Below, piece after piece: positions 13,401-27,475 of a stretch of DNA of 64,000 nt. The notes beneath the pieces were generated by a model. The model did not search any database, had not been told where the DNA came from, and saw nothing but the letters and a program-made list of their open reading frames with translations. Made by a program: the position numbers and the translations under genes. The number at the start of each line of letters is the position of its first letter. The first letter of the stretch is position 1. This DNA comes from Carcharhinus longimanus (taxonomy: Eukaryota), in contig JASCQW010000081.1 of NCBI GenBank assembly GCA_030264375.1, positions 73,114,202 through 73,178,201 on the forward strand, given 5' to 3'.

Positions 13401-16400
13401 ATTGTATCTCTTTCTGCTGGGACACAGGTCACTCTCTGCACCCCCCCAACCCCCACCTCTTGCTCCTCTTCCCCCAATTCCCCTCAAATGCCTTCACACC
13501 CTGAGCTCCTGGCCAATGGGACAAGCAGGAAGAAGTCCCCAATGCTTAACAGGAAGGACAGACAGACGCAGCAGAACGGCGAGGCCCAACCATCTTAGAC
13601 AAGCATCTGATTGGAGAGTGGAAATAGTTTGGAGTCTCCAACTGGCCAGGGATCAGAAAGGAAACTTCCTACCAGCAATGAATGAATAGAACGATGCAGG
13701 TTAAAGGGAATCCACAAGAAGCTGTGAGAAATGTTCTTGTGAATGACATAATCTTTGCAACACATTCTAATAAACAGGTTTTGATGTATGCATTTCATAC
13801 ATCAACCAAAACCTTGCATGTTCTCTTGGTGTATACGGGAAAGGGCTGGATATACCCTGCTAACTGGATTTTGAGAGTAAATTGTATTTATTTAAATAAA
13901 GTAATAAAATGATATGTCTTGGAGTTGCTGAGCACCTGCCGTGGACTGAGTCTCTCTTGTTTGCATTTGAATGTCATTCTTTGGGTGAGAGAAGTGAAGC
14001 CTCAGAGTAGTTGTACCTGAGCTAAAGGCCATCATCTTTTATCAAGTTGCCAAATAGCTGACTGAACTAACAGAAAGGATGGGCCTTTTGGCTGACTTCT
14101 ATCAATGAAAATGAACATAGATGTTTACAGCACAGACTCACTTCACCACATTGTGTGCATGCCAACCTTGCTGGATCAATCACAGGCACAATCCCACTCC
14201 TCCATTCTTTCCTTACAGCCTCTTGGCTTCTTCTTCTTCAGATAGTTTTCCTGTGCTAACCTTGGACACAATTACTTTCTGTGGCAAATCCTTGGCTTTG
14301 TTTCGCAAGAGTTAACTGGCACACAAGTGAATCAATCTGACCTTTCACCTTTGATTCCAGCCAAGATTGTTGAGATGGAAATAAGAGCCTTAAAGTTAAT
14401 TGAGCTTTCTGCAAGGGACAACTCCATTCTCCATGTAAGCCAACTGCCCTCAGTCTAATCTTCAGCTTTGTGCATCTTATCTGAGTCGAGTGTTGCCCTC
14501 ACCTTGCACTATGTGCTGAAGGACCTCTTTCTGTGCTGAATGACTCTACAACTCTGTATTNNNNNNNNNNTGTAAGGGCAGTTACAGTCTGCAGCATGCA
14601 TATCTTTCACAATGGGGGTCTTGGGATTAATGATCAGGAAGTGCCTGATTGAGGATTGGTGCAGTCAGCACAGGCCACAGATAGATCTGTGGCTATAGAC
14701 TTTCAATTTGCTACCTTTCTCTAATAATAAACTGACACACAACAGTAGTTTAGTATTGGCAGCTGAGAGGGAGGGAAAAGCTAACCATGTTGTAAATGAG
14801 TCTGAGCCATCACATTCCACCCACAAGTGATTAGAGGGAAGTCTTGTTCTGTGCAATGGAACACCACCATAGAATATCGTTTCAGTCATATTTATTTGTT
14901 TTGCAGAGAGCAGCAAATTCAGGGGAACAAGAAGGCTGTCACTGCATTTATACAAGTCAAACACAGAGCTATAGGGGATGATCTTATCAAAAAATTCTAA
15001 GTGACGAACGAGCGTGAAAACAGGAGAGAATCACACCCATTTTTTGGATGAATTTCCAGATGCTATTGTATGGCACTTAGAAACAAAGAGGCAAAATGTG
15101 ATTCTTGCCAATAGGTGGAGCCTATTCACACCAGGAAGCCAGTTGCTGAGCTATAGGGATGTCATTGCACAGGCCCCCCCCCAATCTGTCACTTCCTCCC
15201 CAACCCCCACCCACCCAGACATTGAGTCACCCCCCGCCCCCCGACATCATGACAAGCTGGTAAGATCACCCCATAGAGTCATACGGATATACAGCACATC
15301 CTTTGGTCAGTGGTAGCCATCAAGCACCTATTATAATCCCATTTTCCAGCATTTGGTCCCTAGTCTTGTATACTATGGCATTTCAAATGCTCANNNNNNN
15401 NNNNNNNNNNNNNNNNNNNNNNNNNNNNNNNNNNNNNNNNNNNNNNNNNNNNNNNNNNNNNNNNNNNNNNNNNNNNNNNNNNNNNNNNNNNNNTCCCTAG
15501 TCTTGTCTACGATGGCATGTCAAATGCTCATCTAAATGCTTCTTAAATATTGTGAGGGTTCCTGCCTCTGTCACCCTTTCAGGCAGTGAGTTCCAGATCC
15601 CTGCCATTCTCTGGGCGAAAAGGATTTTCATCAACACTCCTGCCCCTTACCTTAAATCTAAGCTCCCTGTTATTGACCCCTCTACTGATGGGAAAAGTTT
15701 TTACCTATCTACCTGACTTATATCCTTCATAATTTTGTACAATATTTGTAACAATAATAGAAAGAAAGAATTTGAGGGTAGACAATAAACTGTTTTTATT
15801 TGTTCATTGGTTGAGGTGTCACTCATCACTGGACCAGCATTTATTGCCCATCACTAATTGTCTTTGAACTGAGTGGCTTGCGAGGGCGTTTAAGAGTCAA
15901 CCACGTTGCTGTGGATCTGGAGTCACATGTCGACCAGACCAGCTAAGTACGGCAGATTTCCTTCCCTAAAGGACTTTAGTGAATCAGATGAGGTTTTATA
16001 ACAATCATAGAACATAGAACATAGAANNNNNNNNNNNNNNNNNNNNNNNNNNNNNNNNNNNNNNNNNNNNNNNNNNNNNNNNNNNNNNNNNNNNNNNNNN
16101 NNNNNNNNNNNNNNNNNNNNNNNNNNCCTAAATTCAATCCCCCTACCAATAAACGCCAAGACACCGTACGCCTTCTTAACAACCTTATCAACTTGATTCC
16201 CAATCGTCAAGTGTTTCATTATCGTGACTATACTTTTAATTCTAAACTTTTATTGAACTCATGTTTTATCATCTGCCGTGATGGGATTTGAACGTGGGCT
16301 CATTATCACCCTAGGTCTCTGGATTACTAGAAGCTGTGACACAATAAAATAAATAAATAGGATTTACAGAAACAAGTACCCAATGCCCTCCAGCAATGAC

Positions 16401-16553
16401 AAAACAGGAAGTAATGATAATACCACTATGCCATCGCCTCCTTTTTTTCATCTGTTCATGTGGGTATCTCCAGCTGGGTCAGTATTTATTACCCATCCTA
16501 GGGCATTTGAGAGTCAACTACATTGTTGTGAATCTGCAGACCAGGTCAAGACT

Positions 16554-16590
16554 TCACCTGACAAAGGAGCAGGGCTCCGAAAGCTTGTGA
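16554..16590 (+). ncRNA. Degenerate minimal hammerhead motif in a Penelope-type tail
   Basis: tcac CTGACAA a ggagc agg gctcc GAAA gc t t gtga; G8 is mutated to A. Confidence 0.45.
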
Positions 16591-17169
16591 TGTCAAATAA
16601 ACCTGTGTCGTGTGACCTCTCGTCTTGATCACTCCAATCCAACACTGGGATTGCCACATCATAAAAAAATGAGTGACTCCTACACTGTGGATAATGCCAA
16701 TGAGCTCTATTTGAATTTACCACCAAGTTCAAATGGCCTTGATAGGTTCGATTTTTCCTCATTTGTGAGACATGTGCCTTTTTCCTTCAGGTGAAAACGT
16801 TGAAAATGGAGGCTGGACTTCAAAATCTGGCTGCCGTTTTGAAAAGTCTACGGAGTCTCCATGATGCCCTTAATTACTTGGACAACCTGCAACCTTATCT
16901 CAGGAATGGTTCCTAGATCAAGTTCATTTATTTCTATTTGTGTCACAAATCTGCTTTGCATGTTCAGATATAGCACCTGCAACTATTGACTATTTTTTCC
17001 ATGATCTGGTTTTAGTTGCTAATACCCTAATACTGTATTAAACTCTCTGTGTCCAGTCCTGACAAAATTGCTTGATTTTACCCAAGTCCCTACTCCATGC
17101 CACAACCATGACTTTTCACTTAAATCTTATAAATTTACCTTTACCTAGATCTACCTTCCATATAGACAT

Positions 17170-18140
17170 GTACAGATTTACAACTGAATAGGCAGGTGGG
17201 GGAAATGTGGGGACACGTCAATTTTATTCACTTTCATAGGGACAACAGAAAACTGAATATTTTAAAGGTGAGAAACTGTGAAATGTTGGTTTTCTAAAGG
17301 ATTTTGGTGCCCTTGTACACAAAACACAGGAAAATTAATCTTCAGGTACACCAACCTGGTTAATAAGAGTAATAATACATTGCAATATGGTTGCAGCACT
17401 GAAATCTTTCTGTACTGTGTTTTGGTGAGACTAAACCAGGAGCAGTGTTTTGGTCTCATTATCGAAGGGTGGATAAATTTGCTTCAAAATGATGTGACAA
17501 AGGTTCATGATGATTCCTGGGGTAACGGTGCTGTCCTTATGAGAAATGCTGAGTAGAGTAGGCCTGTATTCTTTGGAGTAGATCACACATCTCCTCAAGG
17601 CTGCATCCACATCTCAGAGAAGGTGAAGGAGAGATTTATTAGAAGCCAAAATCATGAAGGGTTTTGATCAAGTAAAAAGAAATTGCCCTCACTGGCAGGT
17701 AGGTAGGTAACTAGAGGACGCACCAGATTTAAAATAATTGGCAAAAAGAACTATGCGCGGATGTGGAAATTTTTTTCCTCGTTTTAAAAGAATGAAAGGC
17801 AATCAATGAAATACGCAGGTTCCTGAGAGGGTTTGAAAGGATCGATACTGAGGGTTGTTTCCTCTCACTGGAGATGTGAGGCTCATAAGTCTCAGGGTAA
17901 GGAGCTGATCATTTAGGACTGTGATGAGGAGAGAATCTTTGGAATACTCTATCTGAGAGAGTGATATATGTCCACTGTTGACTTTACTTAAGGCTGAGAT
18001 TGATGGAATTTCCATACTAAGGGATCAGACAAGAAGGTGCAGCACATGTTGTTGGGTCAGCCATTATCTCATTGAATAGTGAAGAAACATCCTTTTAGTG
18101 AAGTAAAGTGAACCCTCCTGCTCCTATTTATGATGTTCGT
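17170..18140 (+). mobile_element. Old CR1 3' fragments
   Basis: Degenerate LVRLNQEQCF and CR1-type 3' UTR ending ctcctgctcctatt. Confidence 0.55.
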
Positions 18141-19689
18141 ATGACGTCCTATATCTTTTTGAAAGGGCATCTACTTAATTTCAAATCCTTGCAAATATTT
18201 CCTTGTCAAATGTCTGTTGAATTTTGATTTGAATGAAGCTGTTAAACCCGCTTCCACCAGGTTTTAAGGCAGTGCATGGGAAAACTTAACAATTTGTTGT
18301 GTGGAAAAAAAATTCTCCACGTCTCCCCACATTTCTTAGATTTTCTCAAATCTGTGCACCTCTGATTACTTACCTTCCTGCCCTCTTAGTCTACTCTATC
18401 ACATTGTTAAAAATGTCTAATAAATCTCTCCTTCACATCCTCTGCTCTAAGGTGAGCAATCCCATCATCTCCAGTATCTCCTGGATGACTATTGTGATTT
18501 GAGCCAAGAATCATTCTCCTGAAGCTTTCCAGCTTCTTTGAGCAGTGACCTACAAATCTTTTATCGCATCGCTAGCGTCAATAACTCCTCTTCATTCAGA
18601 TGGTGTTGACAGCTGTGGACTTCCATTGGATTGGTCCATGATTATTGAAGTCTTCTGCAGTATGGCTAGCTGGGAAAGCCTCTGCCATCAGCATATTGGA
18701 TTGCTGATAATCAACCTGTAACTGCATTATGAATGTGGCCAAATTTAAAGAGTACAAGCAGAAAGGGTCTATAAAACTGTCAATCTGTAAAGTTATTTAA
18801 ATCCACAAACTTTTAAAAATTAGAAAAGCTTGGTGCTTGTTGTCAGTAAGTGTTGAAATAATTCTGCTCCAACAGTTACAATAGCTGTTGACATTTCCCC
18901 AAGGATTAATGTTATATCATTATCAGTGCATGACTGATTTTCACAATCTATAATTATCTCAGCAGGATATCCTAAATTCATAGCTTGATTAACAACTCAA
19001 AGAGGTTATTAAATGATTAGCTGTCCTAAAATGTGGGATTATGAATGCAAGTCTTTTTTATCAGAGATTAAGTACTTGAGATTTTAAAGTACTTGGGATT
19101 TAAAAATTTTGAATGAGCTTTCATGAACGGGAATACATTATTTTTAATATTGTGAAGACTGTAATCGAGCTTAAGGTGTTTATTTCATTTCATTTCAATA
19201 TGGCCATTGAGGTCTGACCATGGTAAATGATAGATGAATTGGCAAGGTTTAAGGGTGGGAGAGGGGCATGGGTTGGCATGATGGTCCCCCCAGCTCCTTT
19301 TCCATTTTGTCTATCTTTTATTAAAGTCACATATCCAAAGTGGAGAGCGTGAATTGGGGAATTTCCTAGTTTACACTTTGGACAAAAGTGTCCATTTTTG
19401 CTCCAGGTGCAGGATGAAGTCAGGCATGGGGCTATCAGGACAGGGTCAGAGAATGGTGGGGGTTGCATTTTCATGAATTGTCATGGGGGTGATGGGGTAT
19501 GAGGGCTGAGGACTAGACAGCCTATATTTTTAATGAAATAACTAGAACAAAGTCCAAGACAACCAAGATGAGCCTTTTAAATAACCCACCTTGGCACTCG
19601 GCAGCTCTTGCAGAGGCCTCCAATCTGATCCCCCAATTCGCGCTATGTGCTTTGGATATGTGACTTTAATAAAAGAGGCAAAATTAATA

Positions 19690-22360
19690 AGGAGATGGAG
19701 GAACCCTGAAAATAAAGGATGAGATAACGAAAGAACTGAGACTGGATCTTAGCACAGAAAATCAGGATGTAGAATCAGTCCAGGCGGAGCTAAGAAGAAA
19801 TGAGGGTGGGAATAGTCTAGAAACACACATAGTATTGGACGGAATATAAACCAGAAAATTATTAACAAGGGTAAATCAATAATCATGTGGGACTTTTAAC
19901 CTCATGTCCACACCACATCAAATTGGCAAAATTGAAAGATGAGTTCATAAAATGCATTCAAGACAATATGTGAAGAAAACGTCAAGAGAACAGACTATTT
20001 TAGATCCAATGTTCTGTAATGCAACAGGTTTCATGAGTAATCTTATAATGAAGGATCCTGGAAGGAGGGCGATCATAATATGTGTAAGTAATTTTACTTC
20101 TTTAAGTTCAGAGATCAAGAATTATGATTGGCCCAACCCTACATTAAGTCAAACAAACAAAATAATTAAATCATAGTTACCCTTCAGGCAGTGAATCTGA
20201 GTTGATTGTAGGTCACTTAGGAGTGATCTTTGACCAAGATCTTTCTGCTTGTTTCACCAGGGCTCTCCTGTTGCATCTTTCTTCTGTCTGAAGCGCTGTT
20301 CATCAATAACACCCTCCATCTTCCTTGATGAGCATTTGTGTGTGGGACTTTTCAGGGGTTTACATACAGTTTTTCAAAGAGCTGATGCATAATCCTTTGC
20401 TGGTTAGTTGGGTACATGATTATCTGTTGGTTAGTTAGCATATTCCATATTAGCACATGGCTGAGCCTTCTAAAGACTTCTTCCCATCCCTTCTGATTAC
20501 CTGCCTGGCTTTGATCAATTTGCTGCTATTAGCTGTTCTATTTCAATGTAAATTGTCTAATTCAGCACTGCAATTAACAACTATCAATGTAATTAGCAAG
20601 TATCAAAGCCATCCGGTTTCTACATAATAAACACTGATCTGAACTCATAACCAGCCCATTAACTCTTTCCTCACATATGTTTAAAGTTCGAGGGTGATAT
20701 AATGAAGTTCGAGGGTGATTATAATTAAAAAATAGGATCTTAAGTTTAAGCAAAACAAATTATGTTAGTATGAGAGATGAGTTTGTTGAGGTGATATACA
20801 AGAGCAAACATTGAGAAATTATTAAAAATTCTGAAGTATTGTACATTCCTTTGAGGATGAAAAACTCCACAGGAAAAATGGCGTAGCCACAGCCAGCTAG
20901 AGAATGGGTAGTATTAGATTAAAAGAGGGTTATAATGTCAAAAAAGCATAGTAAGCATGAGGAATTTGCTAAAAATCTGCAAAGGATGATCAAGAAATAA
21001 TAAGGGGGAGACAATTGAGTGAGGATAAATGAGCATGAAATATAAAAAACACATTGCAAGAACTTTCATTAGCAGGAAAGCAAGAATTTAGCAAAAGTAA
21101 ATGTGGGTCCTTTGCAGACAGGCAGCAGAATTTATATTGAGTATTAGGAAATAGGACAGACATTAAACAAATGTTTCACATCTATCTTCACAACACAAAG
21201 TATGAAAAACATGCCAGGAGTTATGGGTTACTCAAGGTTTGCTGAGAATAAGGAGCTTAAAGTAATTACTATCGGTTAAAACAAAAAGCATGACAAAATT
21301 AATGAGACTAAACGCCAACAAATCCCTTGAACCTTACGCTCTACGCCCTAAGGTTTTAAAAGAGGTGGCTGTAGAAATAGTGAATGCATTGAATCATAGA
21401 ATCCTACAGTGCAATAGGAGGCCATTCAACTCATCGAATCTACACTGACCACAATCTCACCCAGCCTCTATCCCTGTAACCCCAAGTCTTTACCCTAGCT
21501 AGTCCCCCTAACATTAAGGGACAAATTTAGCCTGGCCAATCCATCTAATCCACACATCTTAGAGTTTGATCTTCCAGAATTCCCTAGATTCTAGAAGAGC
21601 CCCTGTAGATTGGAAGGTAGCAAATGAAATTCCACTGTTCAAAAAAATCAGGGAAGAAAGAAAACAGAACTGTCGGTTAATTAGCTTGACATCAATAGCA
21701 GATAAGATTCATTAAACTCATGATAACAGGGCTCTTGGGAAATGACTACAGAATGAGGCAGGGTCAGCACAGTTTAATGAAAGGAAAATTGTGTTGGAAA
21801 AATTATTAATTAATTTTGAGGGTGTAACTAACCTGGTAGATAAGCAGCGGACCAGTGAATGTAGTAGACTTGGATTTTCAATAGGTTTAAATGGTTGTTA
21901 CATAAGGTCATGGAATTGAAAGTAAATGTTAGCTTGGATGGAGGATTAGTTAATGGATAGGAAACAGAGAATAGGAATAAATGGGCCATTTTCAAGTTGG
22001 CAGGGGTAATGAGTGGAGTACTACAAGTATCGATGCTTACGCCTCAACTATTTGGATTCTGTATAGATGAGTTAAAATGGGAACCAAGTGTAATTTACCT
22101 GCGTTTACTCAGTACAGGAGGCTAGGTGGGAAAGCAAAGTTGAGGGGGAAAACAGTCTGTGAAATTCTTATCAAGGAGGTTACAAAGTGGTTATAAAAAG
22201 ATAAAGACAGGTTAGGTGATCAGGTAAGAGGGTAGCAGATAAGGTATAATGTGGAAATGTGAAATTATTTTTCACTTTGGTAGGAAGGAAAGAGGCAGAA
22301 TACTGTTTAAAAGGAGAAAAACAGTAGACTTAGGTATTCAGAGGGAATTGGGGTGTACAT
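19690..22360 (+). mobile_element. Old long CR1 LINE with nested insertions (~20170-20680 unknown/LTR-like; SINE ~21391-21560)
   Basis: Degenerate ILDPMFCN, NKSLEP, DWKVANEIPLFKK, LDFQ motifs. Confidence 0.7.
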
Positions 22361-23700
22361 AGAACATAGAACATAGAACATAGAACATACAGCGCGGAAC
22401 AGGCCCTTCGGCCCACAATGTTGCGCCGGCCAGTNNNNNNNNNNNNNNNNNNNNNNNNNNNNNNNNNNNNNNNNNNNNNNNNNNNNNNNNNNNNNNNNNN
22501 GTGGGGGAGGTGGGGGGGTGCGGTGGGGAGGTGTTGGGGGAAGATGGGTAGGATTAATAAATTTGCGAGTGACACACAGATTAGCTGGGTGGTTAACAAT
22601 GAGGTTGAGTGTCATGGGCTACAAGAAGATATAGATGGAATGGTCAAAGGGGCAGATTAGTGGCAGATGGAATGTAACCCTGAAAAATGAGAGATGGAAG
22701 GAGTAGTTTGGCAAAGAAGTATTCAGTGAATGTTAGGACACTAGGAAGTTCTGTAGGACAAAGATGTCTTGGTGTATTTGACCACAGATTCTGAAGGCGG
22801 AAGGGCATTTAGTAAGGTAGTAAAAAAGGCATACGGGACACTTGCCTTTATCAATTGAGGCATAGATTACAAAAGCAGGGACATCATGTTGGACTTGTAT
22901 AGAACTTTGGTGAAGCCACAACTAGAGTACTGAATGCAGTTCTGGTCGCCACATTATCGGAAGGATGTGATTGCACAGGAAAGGGTGTAGTGGGGATTCA
23001 CCAGGATGCTGCCTATGGAATGGAACATTTAAGTTAAGAAGAGAAGTTGGGAGGGCTTGGGTTGTTTTTGTTGGAGCAGAGAGGATTGGGGAGTGACCTG
23101 ATTGAGGTGTACAAGATTATGGGGGGCATGGACAGAGTTGATAAGGAGCAGCTGTTCCCTGCAGTTGAAGTGTCAATAATGAGAGGACATAGGTTCTAGA
23201 TGAGGGGCAAGAGGTTTAGGGAGGAATAGAGGAAATACTTTTTACCCAGAGAGTCTGGAATGAGCCGCCTGTGAGGACAGTAGAGGTGGGTTGCCTCACA
23301 TCCTTTAATGTATTTGGATGAGAACTTATCATATCAGAACATTCAGAGCTATGAGCCAAGTGGAATTGTGATTCTAATGTCACAGTATGAACTTGATGGG
23401 CTGAAGAGCCTCTTATGCACTGTATGATTCTATAAATACCATATACAGTTTTGGTGTCCCTACTGAAACTCAATCAACTGCGATTGTGGCAACTCCAAAC
23501 TATGGCTGTGGAGTGTTTCAACAGGAGTTTCCCCTGGCTGGAGAGTCAAGATTTAGGGGTCATATTCTCAGCATAAGGAGTCGACCATTTAGGACTGGAC
23601 AAGGAGAACTTCCCTCACTCGGAGGGTCGTGAATTGTTGGAATTCTCTATGCGAGCTGTGGATGCCCAGTCAATGAGTATATTTAAGACAGAGATTTGTA
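22358..23700. mobile_element. CR1 pieces: minus-strand (ATGTTCT)n tail at 22358-22434 and plus-strand 3' fragments ~22530-23440 and beyond
   Basis: INKFASDTQI; KKAYGTLAFI; LEY*MQFWSPHYRKD. Confidence 0.75.
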
Positions 23701-25014
23701 GATTTGGGGCACTAAGGGAATCAAGAAAAATGATGCAAACTCTGCACAAAATATCACAAATCCTGTAGTGAGTGTTGATGTCCAAAGTTGAGGTATCATC
23801 TTAATGAGTGGCACAACAGGCATTCCTGCTCCTACTACTTATAAGACCATGGTTTGATGATGGTAAAACTCACTATCCGTTCCCAGACCCACTGGTGAAT
23901 ATGCGATGCTACAGCGTGCCCACTAGTCCTACACGATAGTACTGTGAGGTATTAGCCGAGGACAACAAAAATTATTAGTGCACAGCCTCAAAAAGCATTA
24001 GTGACAGTGTTTTAATCCCATGTCACTATCTCCAGGCCAACGTTTTCCATTCCCAAATACGTCCACATGGATGTTCTTGACCATTAAGCATGCAAAGATT
24101 CCAACATGGCTGCATGAGAGCAAAACTAAAATATAGATAATCATCATAAAAACCACATGTTAAATTCTCAAATTACAAAAGTATATAATCATTTCCCAAA
24201 GCAGGAAATGTACAGAAATGTACATTGCTTCTTCCTTCCATTCCCTGATAAGGTCAGATCTTCTGTACGCTCCCACCCACTGACAGCTAAACTAAGACTG
24301 ACCAAACTCATTTGTTTCTGGGATGTTTGGCAGCTGGAGGGAGCTGGCTTTCTTCCCACCAGTCTGGGCCCGATTCCAAACTGCGTAATACAGAGGTGAA
24401 AGGCTAATGCTCCAACCCACTGTGCCACCTGCTCCTTCCATCTCCTACAGTTAGGAACCAACAACATTTAACAGCTCAAGAGTTTCAGCTAATGCTATCT
24501 GGGTCAAGTGAAAGAACTGTTTCATTGCTTCCAACCACGTAGCATCTTCAGCAGACTCCATGGAGAGGCGTATAATTGGAACACATATGCAAATGATCAG
24601 TGACATGCTTTCTCAAGTGTAAAATATCTTTACTTTGAGTGCTGCTGGAATTCTGACTGACCCCAAGGGAAAACGTCCATAATGGTTTAAAAAAACATAT
24701 CAAATGAGTGTAGAATTTACTCAGATTCAACTCCACATTTACACTCAGAAGGGAGGGATGACAGAATGCTTAGGCTCAGGAGCTGGAAAATGTCATTGGG
24801 AATCAGTGCAGTAAGGGGACATTTGAGGTTAGCTCAATTCAATCCAGCCAATCATGGCAGAAAACATGGCAGCCAGGCCCACTAAATCACACGGGAGGCT
24901 ACGTGTCAGTCTGCCAAAAGCAGAAAAACATTTCACAATTAAGTCGGAGGTGGGAAAGGGTCCATTGAGGTGGTGGCGGGTGGGGGGGGGTAGGGTGTCA
25001 GAGGTTCATCAGTG

Positions 25015-25238
25015 TGTCAATATACTATTAATCATAGTGTATGGCAATGACCTTGTTAAGGAAATTGCTAGTTAAACATGCAACATTGATTATACTATAA
25101 ATAGAGACAACTGGAACACTTTGGGAGAAGAGTTTCTTGTTGGTTGGGAGAACTGAGGAAGTGTCTTACAATAAACCAGCTTGAACTGCAATGACCAGTC
25201 TGAATCGATCCTTCCATTGTAGCCATTTGTTGTGAATA
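25015..25238 (+). repeat. 5' LTR of the Copia-like element
   Basis: Starts TGTCAA, contains TATAAA and AATAAA, aligns to 31435-31642; followed by degenerate iMet-PBS-like taggagcaaaggatg (25243-25257). Confidence 0.82.
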
Positions 25239-25317
25239 CCAATAGGAGCAAAGGATGAGCACTAAGGTTGGTGATTGACTGCTACACATGAAGACTTCTG
25301 TCTCAATCTTCTGAGGA

Positions 25318-25370
25318 AAATCAAGTGTAAATCAAGTGTAAATCAAGTGTAAATTAAGTGTAAATTAAGT
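25318..25370 (+). repeat. 11-bp tandem repeat (aaatYaagtgt) x ~5 in the Copia leader
   Basis: Directly visible just upstream of the gag ATG. Confidence 0.85.
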
Positions 25371-27475
25371 TATGGAATGGCAGAAGGACAGTGCAAAATT
25401 GCAAGTTTGGCTTATCCATCAATTTTTCTGACTCTGAACCATATTAGCAATGGAAAGCTGAAGTAGAAGTGTGGATCTGGGTTATTTCCACATCCTAAAA
25501 GGAGCAAGTATTGGCATCATAGCATTGTTGCTACTGCCCAAAAGAAAGATGAGTAAAGTGTTTTCAGGGTGGAAAGTGGATAATCTAAATCAAGATGAAG
25601 GATCGCACCTTCTGTAACATTCTTTGGATAAATTTTACAAAAAGGACAAGTTATTGGAAGCCTATGAAGCTGGGCCAATCTTTGATAAGTTAAAGAAATC
25701 AGAGGATCCATCTATGAGAGAATATATCATGGATTTTGATAGATGTTACAAGAGACTATAAAGATTTGCATTTGAAATTCCAGAATCTGTATTGACATTT
25801 AAGTTCCTGGAGTCTGCCTGCGTTTTCCACATTGATAATCCTTTAATACTAACAGGGGTTAAATTCCCAGGGAAAGAATCTTACCCAGATCAAATGCCTA
25901 TGGCCCTAAAAAAATTCTGGGAAAACAATCGTTCCCAGCCACTCTCTTTGCAAATGCAAACAAAAATGTTATGAAATAAAAAAATAGAGGACTCAATGAT
26001 GGTGCAATGCTAGTGCTGACCAAATACTAGATGAAAATTCCAATACAGAGATGAGGTTAATGTCCAGAGTTCTGAAAACCTGTTTGAAGGTTGGGATAAA
26101 AAGCACACCTGATATGGTAAGCGTTTAAACCCAAAAAATGCATTGGGCATAGCTAATCAGCATTTCTAGCACAATTCCTAGTATCGTTATATGATGGATG
26201 GAACTATCCATAGCAAAGGAACCATGTTTTTGAAGTAGCCCATGAGACTGATTTATCTGAGATTGAAAATGGTGATGGTGACTGCCATGATGGAATTGTA
26301 TTGGTCATTGAAAATTTGATTCCCATAACGAGCATATTGATGGTTGACTCCTTCAACTGTGAAGTTTTGGATAGTGGTTGCACTTCTACAGTGCATTGTA
26401 TGGATTGATTTAACTGTTATCTGGTGTCTCTCAATGAGACTGGCAGAAGGTCTGACTTGGAGGTGATAATATATTAACATTCTCCAAATGGGTGGTCCTC
26501 CTTTTCAAGATCACAGGGATTAATCTGTATTGACGTGGTTTCTTGTGAGATACTACTATTGATCTGTGAAGTTGGCTCAGATGATGCTATATATGAATGA
26601 TTGAGCTATCATGTTTAGAAAATGTATGGACCTTTAGTTTAGTTGATCAGGGCAATAGTGCTTACCACTAAAGAAGCTAGAGATTGCTCATCAAAATATT
26701 CAAAGTTTTGCTAACCACTCTTAAGAAATTTGGAAATTACAGTTTGCACATCCAGCTCTGCCAGAAACTGAAGACTCTACTCTGTGATGCAGGAGAGTTT
26801 GATGAAGGATACAATGACCACCTTGAACAAATCACTGCTTGATGCAAACTCTGCATAAAATATCACAAATCCTGTAGTGAGTTTGCCAGTAGGCAGTGAG
26901 TTTAATGATGCCATCATAATGGACTTGAAAGTTTGAGACAAGGATAGGGCTATTTATAAACTACACTTTCTAGGCTAAATCTGGTTGCCATATCTATCCA
27001 CCATGATGCATACTAAGACAAAAGAATCATTGTTGATAGGGTCATGGAGAAATGGGTAGCAACAGGATTAGGAACACTGATAAAGTTCCTGACAGATAAT
27101 GGTGAGGAATTTGTCAATAATGAATTTCAAGATGTGTGCAAAAATCCAAACATTGTAGTTATGCACACAGCAGCTGAAAGGCCATTTAGTAATGGTCTTT
27201 GTGAAAGAAACCATGCAGTAATAGATACTGATATGATATTGGATGACCCACCAGATTATAATTTGCAAACGGCATTGGCATAAGCAACACATGAAGAACT
27301 CTCTTTGCAAACGGTTGGGTTACAGACCATTCCAGTTAGTGTAAGAAAGCATGGAAGGCAGCTTTGGATTTCTATCAGATGCCCCCCTGCTCTAGAAGGA
27401 AATAGCATTAGCTCGACTTTTTCTGCTTATCCGAATGCCTTGCAAGCAGGCAGAGAATCTTTCATTAAAGCTGAG

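Noticed and set aside
25318-25370. CRISPR-like array
   Set aside because: Simple tandem repeat without spacers in eukaryotic DNA.
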